Below are positions 11,540 through 21,199 of a DNA stretch of 64,000 nucleotides, one piece after another. The stretch is taken from NCBI GenBank assembly GCA_027923505.1, contig BROI01000016.1, positions 310,001-374,000 of the forward strand, given 5' to 3'. Origin of the DNA: Mayamaea pseudoterrestris. Its lineage: Eukaryota. The notes beneath the pieces are model-generated. The model worked only from the letters and a program-made list of their open reading frames with translations. It was not told where the DNA came from and ran no database searches. Made by a program: the position numbers and the translations under genes. The first letter of the stretch is position 1, and each line of letters opens with the position of its first letter.

Positions 11540-12195
11540 AATCGACGTCTAAGCGTTTTTGGGATGAGTTTTTACTGAAATGTACAGCTTTAACAGTCAG
11601 TCCAATGTCTATAAATCAATATAGCAACATTTGACTATTGCTTAATGATTTAGCTAGCTTGGGACAACTTCTGTGTCTGGTGAAGAGCCTCGGCTAACAG
11701 TGGTTTGAAGTCTGTAGTTGGGATTCTTCCAGATCAACCTCCGGAAGCAGTTTTGTAATGTGCTATGTGCAAGGTCAGTTGACAATAGGCGACGGATTTA
11801 TCAAGCTGTCATGCAAAGTCTTTATGCTCGTTGCAGCTATGTATATGTACAACAACAGAAGTAAAATTCGTGTCTCCGTGCGACTTTACATTGTCAATCA
11901 GTCAATCCCAAAATTGGTGTGTGTGAATGTCGTGTATAGACATCATCGTACCGGGAATGACTGATGTCGTGACCCGACAAACGCCTCGACGAAAAAATGG
12001 TTGCGGCAGCAAGTGGCTGAAGAGCCAAACCTCCACACCCTATGACGTGCCGAGTTATACTACTTTAGCGTTACTGACGAGGAGAAGAGTGCCACCCGGT
12101 ACCGCTTGAAGCGCTAAAAGCGAGGAGCAATATCGCAACGAAGTACAAGTCATGAGAATGTCAACGGGGTCTAATGTGTTGTTCGTTGTATATCC

Positions 12196-12432
12196 TTAAA
12201 TGTCGGAAGTGTCAAGCAACTGTAGGGCCTCGCTCAAAAGGATGTGTAGCCTCCAACGAGCTTCCCTCGCTTTTTGAAGTGAATGATGCATTGCCGAGCG
12301 GTCATCTTGCTGCTCCTGCAGCCTTGCCGACAGACTCGTTTCGAATGCAGCCGCTTGCGACTGCTGTGGCAATGGTGAAGCTTGAGAGAGAGCAACGGAA
12401 TTCGAACAAGTGACGCGAATGTTGGAAGTCAT
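12196..12432 (-). CDS. Small hypothetical protein (78 aa) with an AR.RL..LL.EAL.LLD helix
   Basis: ATG start; shares its C-terminal motif with the neighbouring ORF 12982..13251. Confidence 0.5.
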   Translation of the reverse strand: MTSNIRVTCSNSVALSQASPLPQQSQAAAFETSLSARLQEQQDDRSAMHHSLQKAREARWRLHILLSEALQLLDTSDI

Positions 12433-12981
12433 GTCTGTGTATTGATAAAACGAAAGAGTGCTGATATCGTGTGCATAATTCTAGCTTGACCTGAACGTAC
12501 TTAGCAGACATTTTTCACTGGTTCCTCGCAGATTTAGGAGTCCGTGGTTGATTCCTCCGTTACAAGACCACAGCTTCCGGTAATTTTGTCAGCCATTGAA
12601 CTGACGTACTCGTACGGGACAAGAGGGCGATCTTCCGCGTTTAAATACCATTCGACCGCCAATGTGTCAATCCACGCCAATGTTGACGTGGAAAGACGCA
12701 GCATTAATAAACCCTGTTGAAGTACACGCCCGTTATAACCGTCTGCAGGAAGCGGAGCGTCAAAAGCGGGTAAATAGGCCTTGGCGTGTTACAGTATCGA
12801 GCCAAAAACGTCTGCCGGTAAACATCGGTTGGGAGATGACTTCTGCCTTATCTTGTTAATTGGAGTAGCGTATTATCGTCGAGCCGACGAGAGGTGAGCG
12901 TGTCGAGCAGCGTAGAAAATGATGCGTCGGGTGTAGGGAGTCGAAGTCGTTATGTGCAGGTCCTCGCGCGCGCAAGCGTAA

Positions 12982-13251
12982 CTATGAATGACGGCTCTTT
13001 GGTGCCAACGAAACGTCCGTCGCTTGCCCCATTTGTAAATCGGAAAGGCTTGTTGAATCAATGAGGTCGAGTGCGTCGGCGAGGATTGACCGTAGTCGTC
13101 GTCGGGCGTCTTGTGGGTCTCGAGGAGGAATTGCGCCAGCTGATGATGAACCGTTTGCATTGTTTCGAAGACTCATTGCTTGCGTCGAACCTCTTGATTC
13201 TCTCAATAGACTTGTTTGAGTTCCTTGTGTTGTGCTTGCCGTGGTCTTCAT
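12982..13251 (-). CDS. Small hypothetical protein (89 aa) with an AR.RL..IL.DAL.LID helix
   Basis: ATG start; motif shared with 12196..12432, same strand. Confidence 0.55.
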   Translation of the reverse strand: MKTTASTTQGTQTSLLRESRGSTQAMSLRNNANGSSSAGAIPPRDPQDARRRLRSILADALDLIDSTSLSDLQMGQATDVSLAPKSRHS

Positions 13252-13860
13252 GGCTGTTCGTTGCCTCGAGTAAAAAGTGCAAGGGCGTGTTTCGCGATTT
13301 TGTGAGCAACGAAGCGAATGGTCGTAAAAGTCACTGGGAAGACCGTGGATAAATAATCGTGACTGATAACTGATGTGGTTCAGATTGACAGCAGGCGATC
13401 ATTGCCCATGAACGTCTCACTGACGCATGAGTAACGTTCGTCAGTCGAACTTCAAGTTGATACTGACTCACTCGTCACTTGCTAGCCAATCAAACGGCAT
13501 CAATCGTTCCCATCGGAATGCGTGAGTGCTCACGTGCGTGTAGTGACACTGGCGGCCCAGCCAGAAATCAAAAATGGATGGAGTAACGCCGTCATGCCCT
13601 TCTTCCAACACGTCATTGGTATTGATACGGTCGCTACACATCGTTTCGATTGAGGTGCCAGCAATCGACCATGGCGGACCACCAGAAAGGCACCGTTGGT
13701 GCGGAAGTCTCCAGCAGAATGGCTGTCGAAAGTCGTCATGTGATTGCGAAATTATTCATGATCCAATCTACCACTTTTTGGCGAGTCTGCGAGCATCCTG
13801 CGGGCGCCGTCGCTCCAAAACGACAATATTCACATTACTCCTGCCTCTTAATCTTTTACC

Positions 13861-15576
13861 ATGACAAATGTACGCATCATCTACAGTGCTGCTTCCTACG
13901 ATGATTCTCTGAGTGCACAATCAGAAATTGGCGCTACAGACTCGACAAGTAGCAGCGACAATGCCAACAATGACGACGAAGTTTTCGAGCTGACAAGTCT
14001 CGACACGTTGTCAATCTACGATCCAGAAAATGCTAGTCTTGATCAAGGCAAGGAAGAATCTGACGAGGCATCCAGCATCAATCATGACGACGCATTGCTT
14101 AAGCGCATTACCCATTTGCGCGCAACCATGCAGCTCTGCGAGTATTGTGATGGTTTCGGCGACCGCGACGACGTTTCGCTACGACGGCAAGACTTTTGGA
14201 CGGCACGATACTTGCGACGATTGAAACATGGAGGCAATAGTCACGTTTACGGGATTCTTGGCTTGTTTGAATACGTATGCGAGCTCAAGGTGGATTTTTC
14301 GTGGGCCAATGAGGCGGCGCATCGAAGGTTGCCGACGAAAATGAACGGACAGCAAGTCAAGGGTATGCTTCCGCCAAACGACGATTCAGTTTGCACGAGT
14401 GACAAAGACTGCATATCAGTTTCGTCCGCCGAATCAAAGGCGTTTCAACGAAGCAAGATTGTCGAGGCGCCAATGAATAGAAGCAATTCCTACTTGTCGT
14501 GGAGTGACTTTGAGCGCCTACACAGTCATCGCCATCGAATCCCCTACTTTACCATTGTCTTGTTCCTTCTCTGCACGATATCACTTCTCGCATCCATTGC
14601 CGTCAATGACTGGAAGCTTGCTCCGCTTGCGGACAACCCAATGCTGGGCCCGCCGGCGCAAGTGCTCATTCACATGGGTGCCTTGGACGCCAATCGCATG
14701 GTACTACAGGGAGAATGGTATCGTTTATTCACGGCCATTATTTTACATGCAGGTATCATTCACTACGCAATAAACATGATGGCGCTCTTGCTCATTGGTC
14801 CCGCCGTTGAAAAGGAATTTGGTTCTCTATATATGGCGGCTATTTTCGTCGTGGCGGCGGTTGGAGGCAACGTTGCGAGCGCCCTGTTACTGGCGTCATC
14901 CTATACGATTAGCGTCGGCGCCAGTGGCGGCTTGTTCGCCTTGATGGGAATTTGCTTGGCCGACGTGTTGGCGAATTGGGACTTGATTACATTGTGCGAT
15001 CCACAACAGCATGAACCGGGAGTGTCGTGTCGATGGGTTGTCTTTTGGTTGGTGGTCGAATTGTCTGTATCATTATTGATTGGATTGACACCATACGTGG
15101 ATAACTGCATTCACCTTGGAGGTTTTGTGTACGCAATCGGCTTTGGTATTCCATTCTTGAACAAGTGCAGCAGCAGCACGTTTTTTGGGCATGCCGAGGC
15201 GTCTAGGCGACAATGCATTGGACGGCTCTGGAGCTTGATTGGATTGCTATTGACGCTTACCTTGTACTTTGGAACTCTGGCGCTCTCGCTGACACAAGCT
15301 ACTCGCCTGGATGACCAGGGACGACCAACGCCAGTCTGCCCGTCATGTCGGTACATTTCCTGCGTTCCCTTTCCCTTTTGGACGGAGCACAAGTGGTGGT
15401 ACTGCGATGGATGCGAACATGTTGGAGTAATTGTTTACTATGAAGAAAAGGGTGCCCATGTGGAAATGGTGTGCCCGTTTAGCGGAACTGTTGAAGCTGA
15501 ACTTGACGGCGTTTGGGACGGAATGACAATCCTAGAGGAGCTGGTTGGTTTGTGTCGTACATCTTGTCGTGGCTGA
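13861..15576 (+). CDS. Rhomboid intramembrane serine protease
   Basis: WYR, HAGIIHYAIN, catalytic GASGG and DNCIHLGG motifs, multiple TM helices and a Cys-rich C-terminus. Confidence 0.92.
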   Translation: MTNVRIIYSAASYDDSLSAQSEIGATDSTSSSDNANNDDEVFELTSLDTLSIYDPENASLDQGKEESDEASSINHDDALLKRITHLRATMQLCEYCDGFGDRDDVSLRRQDFWTARYLRRLKHGGNSHVYGILGLFEYVCELKVDFSWANEAAHRRLPTKMNGQQVKGMLPPNDDSVCTSDKDCISVSSAESKAFQRSKIVEAPMNRSNSYLSWSDFERLHSHRHRIPYFTIVLFLLCTISLLASIAVNDWKLAPLADNPMLGPPAQVLIHMGALDANRMVLQGEWYRLFTAIILHAGIIHYAINMMALLLIGPAVEKEFGSLYMAAIFVVAAVGGNVASALLLASSYTISVGASGGLFALMGICLADVLANWDLITLCDPQQHEPGVSCRWVVFWLVVELSVSLLIGLTPYVDNCIHLGGFVYAIGFGIPFLNKCSSSTFFGHAEASRRQCIGRLWSLIGLLLTLTLYFGTLALSLTQATRLDDQGRPTPVCPSCRYISCVPFPFWTEHKWWYCDGCEHVGVIVYYEEKGAHVEMVCPFSGTVEAELDGVWDGMTILEELVGLCRTSCRG

Positions 15577-15910
15577 TCAAGTCAGTAGCAGTGTTTCCCG
15601 TGTCGCGACATCGTATATTATCAAATGTATAGGATTTATACTTGTACTAAACATAACGAGTAATGTGAACTCGAGAGCTACTATTTTACTTGTACGCGTG
15701 TGCTAGCTATGTTTCGCAACGTGAAAGAGTCATTCAAAATGCCAGTCGTGCCGCGGAACGAACTGACAATGAGTCATTAGGCCCAGACTAAGTTGGGACT
15801 TTGATAAGCCCTCATTTCAAAACGAGGTCGCCAAGCAAGCCATCACAATTTCGACGACCAAACCGTTGCCGCACCCCTCCCTTCATCAATCAATCGATCA
15901 ATCCATCACC

Positions 15911-16675
15911 ATGGTTTACTTGGAGCAGCCTCCTTCAATATCATCCGGCAGCTCGCTTAACTCAGCTCCGCTGCGAGAACGACGCGCCATGGCGCCTGGC
16001 CGCAGCAAGAGCAGCGACTGCGTTCTTCTTCATGCGCCGTTTGAACCGCTCCGTCGTCCACCTCCCAGGCGGACCAACTCGGCGGCGGAAAAGTCGAAAC
16101 GCGTCATGGCAATCAGTAACGAAACTATATCAGTGACAAGCTTGGCTACTTTAGCAAGCGTAGGAGTAAATGTTCCAATTTGTCACGACTTGTTCGAGGC
16201 GGAAAAGTACGATCAAGCGCTCGAATATTACACGAACATTCTCCAATCAATCAACGACAACCACACGACAAAAGTACAATGTCAAGCGTCCGACGTGAAA
16301 GCAGTCAAGGAGTATGTTTCAGTTGCTTGCCACGCTGCCAAGTGCTGCTATTATTTGCATCAGTACGGCGACGAGGAATCATTTTACCAACGAGCCTTGC
16401 ATCGCATGAGTCAAGTCACGGACGACAACGATTCGTTTTCACTCGGTGAGCTCCAGATTCAATGCACGTTGCAAATGGCCAAGTCGATTGGAAGGCAGCG
16501 CAAGACGGTGGAAAGTGTTCAAGCGCTGCGCGAATGCCGAGGCTTGATTCAGAAATATACAGTCTACAAGACGGTGAAGGATTACATGAGCAAGATGGAA
16601 CCAATGGATCAAGTTGGTTTTGTCGGGGGAGCGACGCAACGAAGTAATTCCTTGGTCATTTCAGGCTTGTCGTAA
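15911..16675 (+). CDS. TPR-like helical repeat protein
   Basis: KYDQALEYY, EESFYQRAL and ESVQALRE helical repeats; first ATG at 15911. Confidence 0.65.
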   Translation: MVYLEQPPSISSGSSLNSAPLRERRAMAPGRSKSSDCVLLHAPFEPLRRPPPRRTNSAAEKSKRVMAISNETISVTSLATLASVGVNVPICHDLFEAEKYDQALEYYTNILQSINDNHTTKVQCQASDVKAVKEYVSVACHAAKCCYYLHQYGDEESFYQRALHRMSQVTDDNDSFSLGELQIQCTLQMAKSIGRQRKTVESVQALRECRGLIQKYTVYKTVKDYMSKMEPMDQVGFVGGATQRSNSLVISGLS

Positions 16676-16944
16676 AATACTGTTTCCTTTCAAGCAGCGT
16701 TCAGCGGTCGTTGGTACATCGGCAACCTATCGCTTCACTGTCAGAATTCATGCAATGGCGCGATGCTATATAAAAGTCTACATAACATCATTTTACTTGT
16801 CGTTCGCTAGTCATTGCAACTGGCAGCGTTAATCCAAGTAACTATTGTTCATAGAGGAACGCGACAGCGCTGCCGTCACTCCTCGACTTTTTGCTCCAGA
16901 TTTTGCAGGTTCAACCCTTCGAATGCTGCATGAACAGCGATAGA

Positions 16945-17013
16945 CTAAGCTATATCAACCAAGGAGAAAGGTCCCAAGAAAAGTAACCCATTCTCCCAGT
17001 GTCATTCAGCTAG
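16945..17013 (-). promoter_or_regulatory. Candidate SECIS element in the selenoprotein 3' UTR
   Basis: Minus strand reads ctagctga ATGAC actgggagaa...ttctccttggt TGAT atagcttag: lower helix, AUGA/GA core and a ~10-bp upper helix, about 50 nt after the stop codon. Confidence 0.75.
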
Positions 17014-17054
17014 ACTGCCGATGAGCATGTTGTCGCGTCGGACGAATGAGGCGC

Positions 17055-17711
17055 CTACGTTGCTTGCCCTCGTCCAATGACTTTTCGCCTTCGCCTCTGT
17101 CGAATACCAACAAGCAATACTATGGAACCGACACCAACCATGAATTGCAACATCTTGGAGTATCCTGGTGGCTGCGTATACTGGATGCGCCGTTCCTTGC
17201 TTTCGTCTCGTCGCTTCAAAAGCGCCTCGTGTCGCGCGTCAAGTTTTTCCGTGCTGCTGTCATCCTTGAGCTTTCTCATTTCCTCCTCCTCTTGCTCTTG
17301 CTGATGCTCCTGTTTCAAAACAAATCCCTTGTCCTTCATCATTTGATGCATTTGATCTCGTGTTTCCAGTGTATGCAATACAATCTGTTCCTGCTCGACG
17401 CCGTCTTGATATATAGTCATGACGGCCGTACGTCCCGCCACATACTTGACGACGACTCCTTGGTAACTCTCCGCTTCCCCCTCTTTCAAAAACTGCTTGA
17501 GTTCGGGGAAGCGGTTCAAGGCTCAGCCGGAGCAACTGACGATTTCGGCAGTCATGGTTGGTGAGGAAGAAGGAGAAGCGACGGAACCTGCAGCTACCTG
17601 GAATGAATTTTGAAACAGCAGCGCAGCAAATAGCAGCAATAATTGCAGCATGAAATACTGCCTGTAATTTCGCATGACTGTAGTCGTTGCAACTATAGTG
17701 CAGGACGACAT
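17055..17711 (-). CDS. SELENOM: Selenoprotein M/Sep15-family protein; in-frame UGA (17523-17525) read as Sec
   Basis: The two track ORFs join in frame as AEIVSCSG-U-ALNRFPELKQFL, a CxxU motif like SelM CGGUQLNRL. Signal peptide, later KGF motif and downstream SECIS. The start could instead be 17675 or 17651. Confidence 0.88.
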
Positions 17712-17924
17712 ACAGCTGGCCGCCGTTGCAACGAGTGGCCGCCGTCATGGTGGCAGCGCGGGGTCACGGAACCCTTCCGAGCTGGCGCGCCAAGTCATTC
17801 TTTGCGTCACATCGTTACTCACAGCTCCGGGTCTCTTCAACCTTTCGTTGGACCTCCATCCGACCGTGCCTGCCGTCGCCACTGTCACCTTACTTTCACA
17901 CTTCATCACTTTTATATCACAACT

Positions 17925-18917
17925 ATGCAATTCATTCAAGCCGCCGTCTCCAACTGCTTTCAAGACTTGAGTGAATTCCAGCAAGCCAGTCGCGATGGAA
18001 GCGCCAAGGCTGTGGAGCTTGGCCAGCTCATATCGTCGGCGCAAACGAGAGCAGAGTCTGCGTCAAACTATTCCAACCAAGTCATGGAAACGCTGCAGTC
18101 GTTTGGCAAGATTGATGCAACGCTCTTTGTCAAGATTCAAGACTTGATACAACGTGGAACGCAGGAGAAGAATTTATACATTGACATGGAGCAGTCGGCC
18201 AGGGAAATGACGGTCAAGGCCAAGGACTTGACGGAAACGCTGCAAAAGGGAATTGACAGTCTGCCGCAGCTTATTCAAGACGAGTTGGCCGATGATGACG
18301 AGCAGCAGGAAGCGACAACGAATGTTGCGAGCCGATCAGTCACTGGCGACAAGCATGCAGCTGGAGCAAGCAGCGATACGCAAGGCAATGAGGATGCCAA
18401 TCAATTACGCCAACTCTTGAGCCACATTGATAATGACGTTGATGAGACGCAAACCATGTCGAGAGGAATGCAAGACATGGATATTTTCTCAGCCGCCACC
18501 AAGGGAAAGGATGCCTATAGAGGAGTCTTGCAAAAGAAGCAAGTTTGTTCGCAACTGCTGGATCACTTGCAGAAACTTGGACGAACCGTCACGGAGCAAC
18601 TGCAACTACTGGCCGGAAATAGTGGATCCACTTGCTGTGACCAACTGACGGGTTTGTATGCGCGAGCCAAGGCATTGCTTCAATGCTTAAAATACTCGAA
18701 ACTTATACAAAGCGCCATTGACGCTGTGCAAAAACTGCTGCAGTCAATTGTTCAGTTTGCAACAACAGCTTGGAACAAGTTTACAGGCTTTTTGGATGAG
18801 TTTGACGCAGCAAAAAAACTAGGCAGGCTTGTTGGGAATATGCCAAGGCCCTTAAAGAATAGCAAAATGGGACAGTCAGCCATGGAATTTGTTGGTGGCA
18901 TGTTGGGGCAACGGTGA
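17925..18917 (+). CDS. Hypothetical all-helical/coiled-coil protein (330 aa)
   Basis: Long ORF from the ATG at 17925 with protein-like composition; no motif recognised. Confidence 0.7.
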   Translation: MQFIQAAVSNCFQDLSEFQQASRDGSAKAVELGQLISSAQTRAESASNYSNQVMETLQSFGKIDATLFVKIQDLIQRGTQEKNLYIDMEQSAREMTVKAKDLTETLQKGIDSLPQLIQDELADDDEQQEATTNVASRSVTGDKHAAGASSDTQGNEDANQLRQLLSHIDNDVDETQTMSRGMQDMDIFSAATKGKDAYRGVLQKKQVCSQLLDHLQKLGRTVTEQLQLLAGNSGSTCCDQLTGLYARAKALLQCLKYSKLIQSAIDAVQKLLQSIVQFATTAWNKFTGFLDEFDAAKKLGRLVGNMPRPLKNSKMGQSAMEFVGGMLGQR

Positions 18918-19039
18918 TAGTCTGAGCTATTAGAAGCAACCCCATATAATATTGAATGTATAGATAAAAATTGTATGCCAGAGATATTGGCTGGAAAAAC
19001 ACCAGAAGGCAACATACATGACCACATGGAGGGGTTCCA

Positions 19040-19362
19040 CCATGCCAATTGAAAATATGGGACAAGAGTTTTACCATGCAGTCAAAGGATGCTACACCTG
19101 GTGCACCTGTGGCACCTTCTCGGCAGATGACCCTTCAGCACTGCTCAGACAATTTTGATGCTTCTTGCCATCACTGAGATACTTGGATGCCATGGAGTGG
19201 TTTCACCACACCAAATGAACATATGGGACAAGGGTTTGGCCATGCAGGTGCTCTTAGGATGCTTAACCGGTGCTACATTGGTGCTTCCTTTGCAGATGAC
19301 CCATTAAGTGGTGCTCAAAAGGTTTTCTTTCTTGCCATCATTGAGCCACTTGAATGCCATGG
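19040..19362. repeat. Degenerate ~166-bp duplication at the edge of the satellite block
   Basis: atatgggacaag..ccatgca at ~19055 and ~19221; gcagatgaccc and cttgccatca.tgag also recur. Confidence 0.7.
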
Positions 19363-19364
19363 GC

Positions 19365-21195
19365 CGTGAGTCTAGCCAAGGTGCTCAAAGTGATGAAATG
19401 TCAGTGGTGCCTGTCTGGTTACAATTTTCCTGTGTTGCGGCGGCAACAAACCCATGCCCCTGGAGCCGCACCCAAATCCTGGAGCTCCATTGGAAGGTAA
19501 CCACAACATGTATAAGGCATCATTAGAGGCGTCTGTATGTTTTGAGTCCAGCCAAGGTGCTCAAAGCCATGAAATGTAAGTGGTGCCTGTGTGGTTACAA
19601 TTTGCCTGGTTACAATTTGCCTGTGTTGCGGCGGCAACACACCCGTGCCCCTGGAGCTGTACCCAAATCCTGGACCTCCTTTGGAAGGTAACCACAACAT
19701 GTATAAGGCATCATTAAAGGCGTCTGTATGCCCTGAGTCCAGCCAAGGTGCTCAAAACCATGAAATGTCAGTGGTGCCTGTCTGGTTACAATTTTCCTGT
19801 GTTGCGGCGGCAACAAACCCATGCCCCTGGAGACGCACCCAAATCCTTGAGCTCCTTTAGAAGGTAACCATGACATGTAGAAGGCATCATTAAAGGCGTC
19901 TGTATGCCCTGAGTCCAGCCAAGGTGCTCAAAGTGATGAAATGTAAGTGGTGCCTGGTTACAATTTTCCTGTGTTGCTGGTGGCAACAAACCCAAGCCCC
20001 TGGAGCTGCACAAAAATCCTGGAACACCATTGAAAGGTAACCATGACATGTAGAAGGCATCATTAAAGGCGTCTGTATGCCCTGGGTCCAGCCAAGGTGC
20101 TCAAAGTGATGAAATGTCAGTGGTGCCTGTGTGGTTACAATTTTCCTGTGTTGCGGCAACAAACCCATGCCCCTGGAGCCGCACCCAAATCCTGGAGCTC
20201 CATTGGAAGGTAACCAAGACATGTATGGGGCATCATTAAAGGCGTCTGTATGCCCTGAGTCCAGCCAGAGTGCTCAAAGTGATGAAATGTCAGTGGTGCC
20301 TGTGTGGTTACAATTTTCCTGTGTTGCGGCAACAAACCCATGCCCCTGGAGCCGCACCCCATTCCTGGAGCTCCATTGGAAGGTAACCAAGACATGTATG
20401 GGGCATCATTAAAAGTGTCTGTATGCCCCTGAGTCCAGCCAGAGTGCTCAAAGTAATGAAATGTCAGTCGTGCCTGTGTGGTTACAATTTTCCTGTGTTG
20501 CGGCGGCAACAAACCCATGCCCCTGAGCCACAATCCAGCTATAAGTAACATATATGGGGCAATAAAGGTGCTACCCTCCAGCAGAGTGCTCAAAGTGATG
20601 AAATGTCAGTGGTGCCTGTCTTGTTACAATTTTCCTGTGTTGCGGCAACAAACCCATGCCCCTGGAGCCGCACCCAAATCCTGGAGCTCCATTGGAAGGT
20701 AACCAAAACATTTATGGGGCATCATTAAAGGTGTCTGTATGCCCTGAGTCCAGCCAGAGTGCTCAAAGTGATGAAATGTCAGTGGTGCCTGTTTGGTTAC
20801 AATTTTCCTGTGTTGCGGCAACAAACCCATGCCCCTGGAGCCGCACCCAAATCCTGGAGCTCCATTGGAAGGTAACCAAGACATATATGGGGCATCATTA
20901 AAGGTGTCTTCTGTATGCCCTGAAACCAGTCACTCTCGGTGAGTTCGTCTCCTCCACTGCAGCCAGGAACAGCCTCGCCCACGTTGCGCCACAGGCACCA
21001 CTGACATTTCATCACTTTGAGCACTCTGGCTGGACTCAGGGCATACAGACGCCTTTAATGATGCCCCATACATGTCTTGGTTACCTTCCAATGGAGATCC
21101 ATGATATGGGTGCGGCTCCAGGGGCATGGGTTTTTGCTGCAACACAGGAAAATTGTAACCAGACAAGCACCACTGACATTTTATCACTTTGAGCA
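19365..21195. repeat. Satellite A: ~173-176 bp monomer, about 9 copies plus one inverted copy (20991-21195)
   Basis: The gagtccagcc anchor recurs at 19368, 19544, 19735, 19911, 20084, 20257, 20431 and 20746. Confidence 0.95.
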
Positions 21196-21199
21196 GCCT

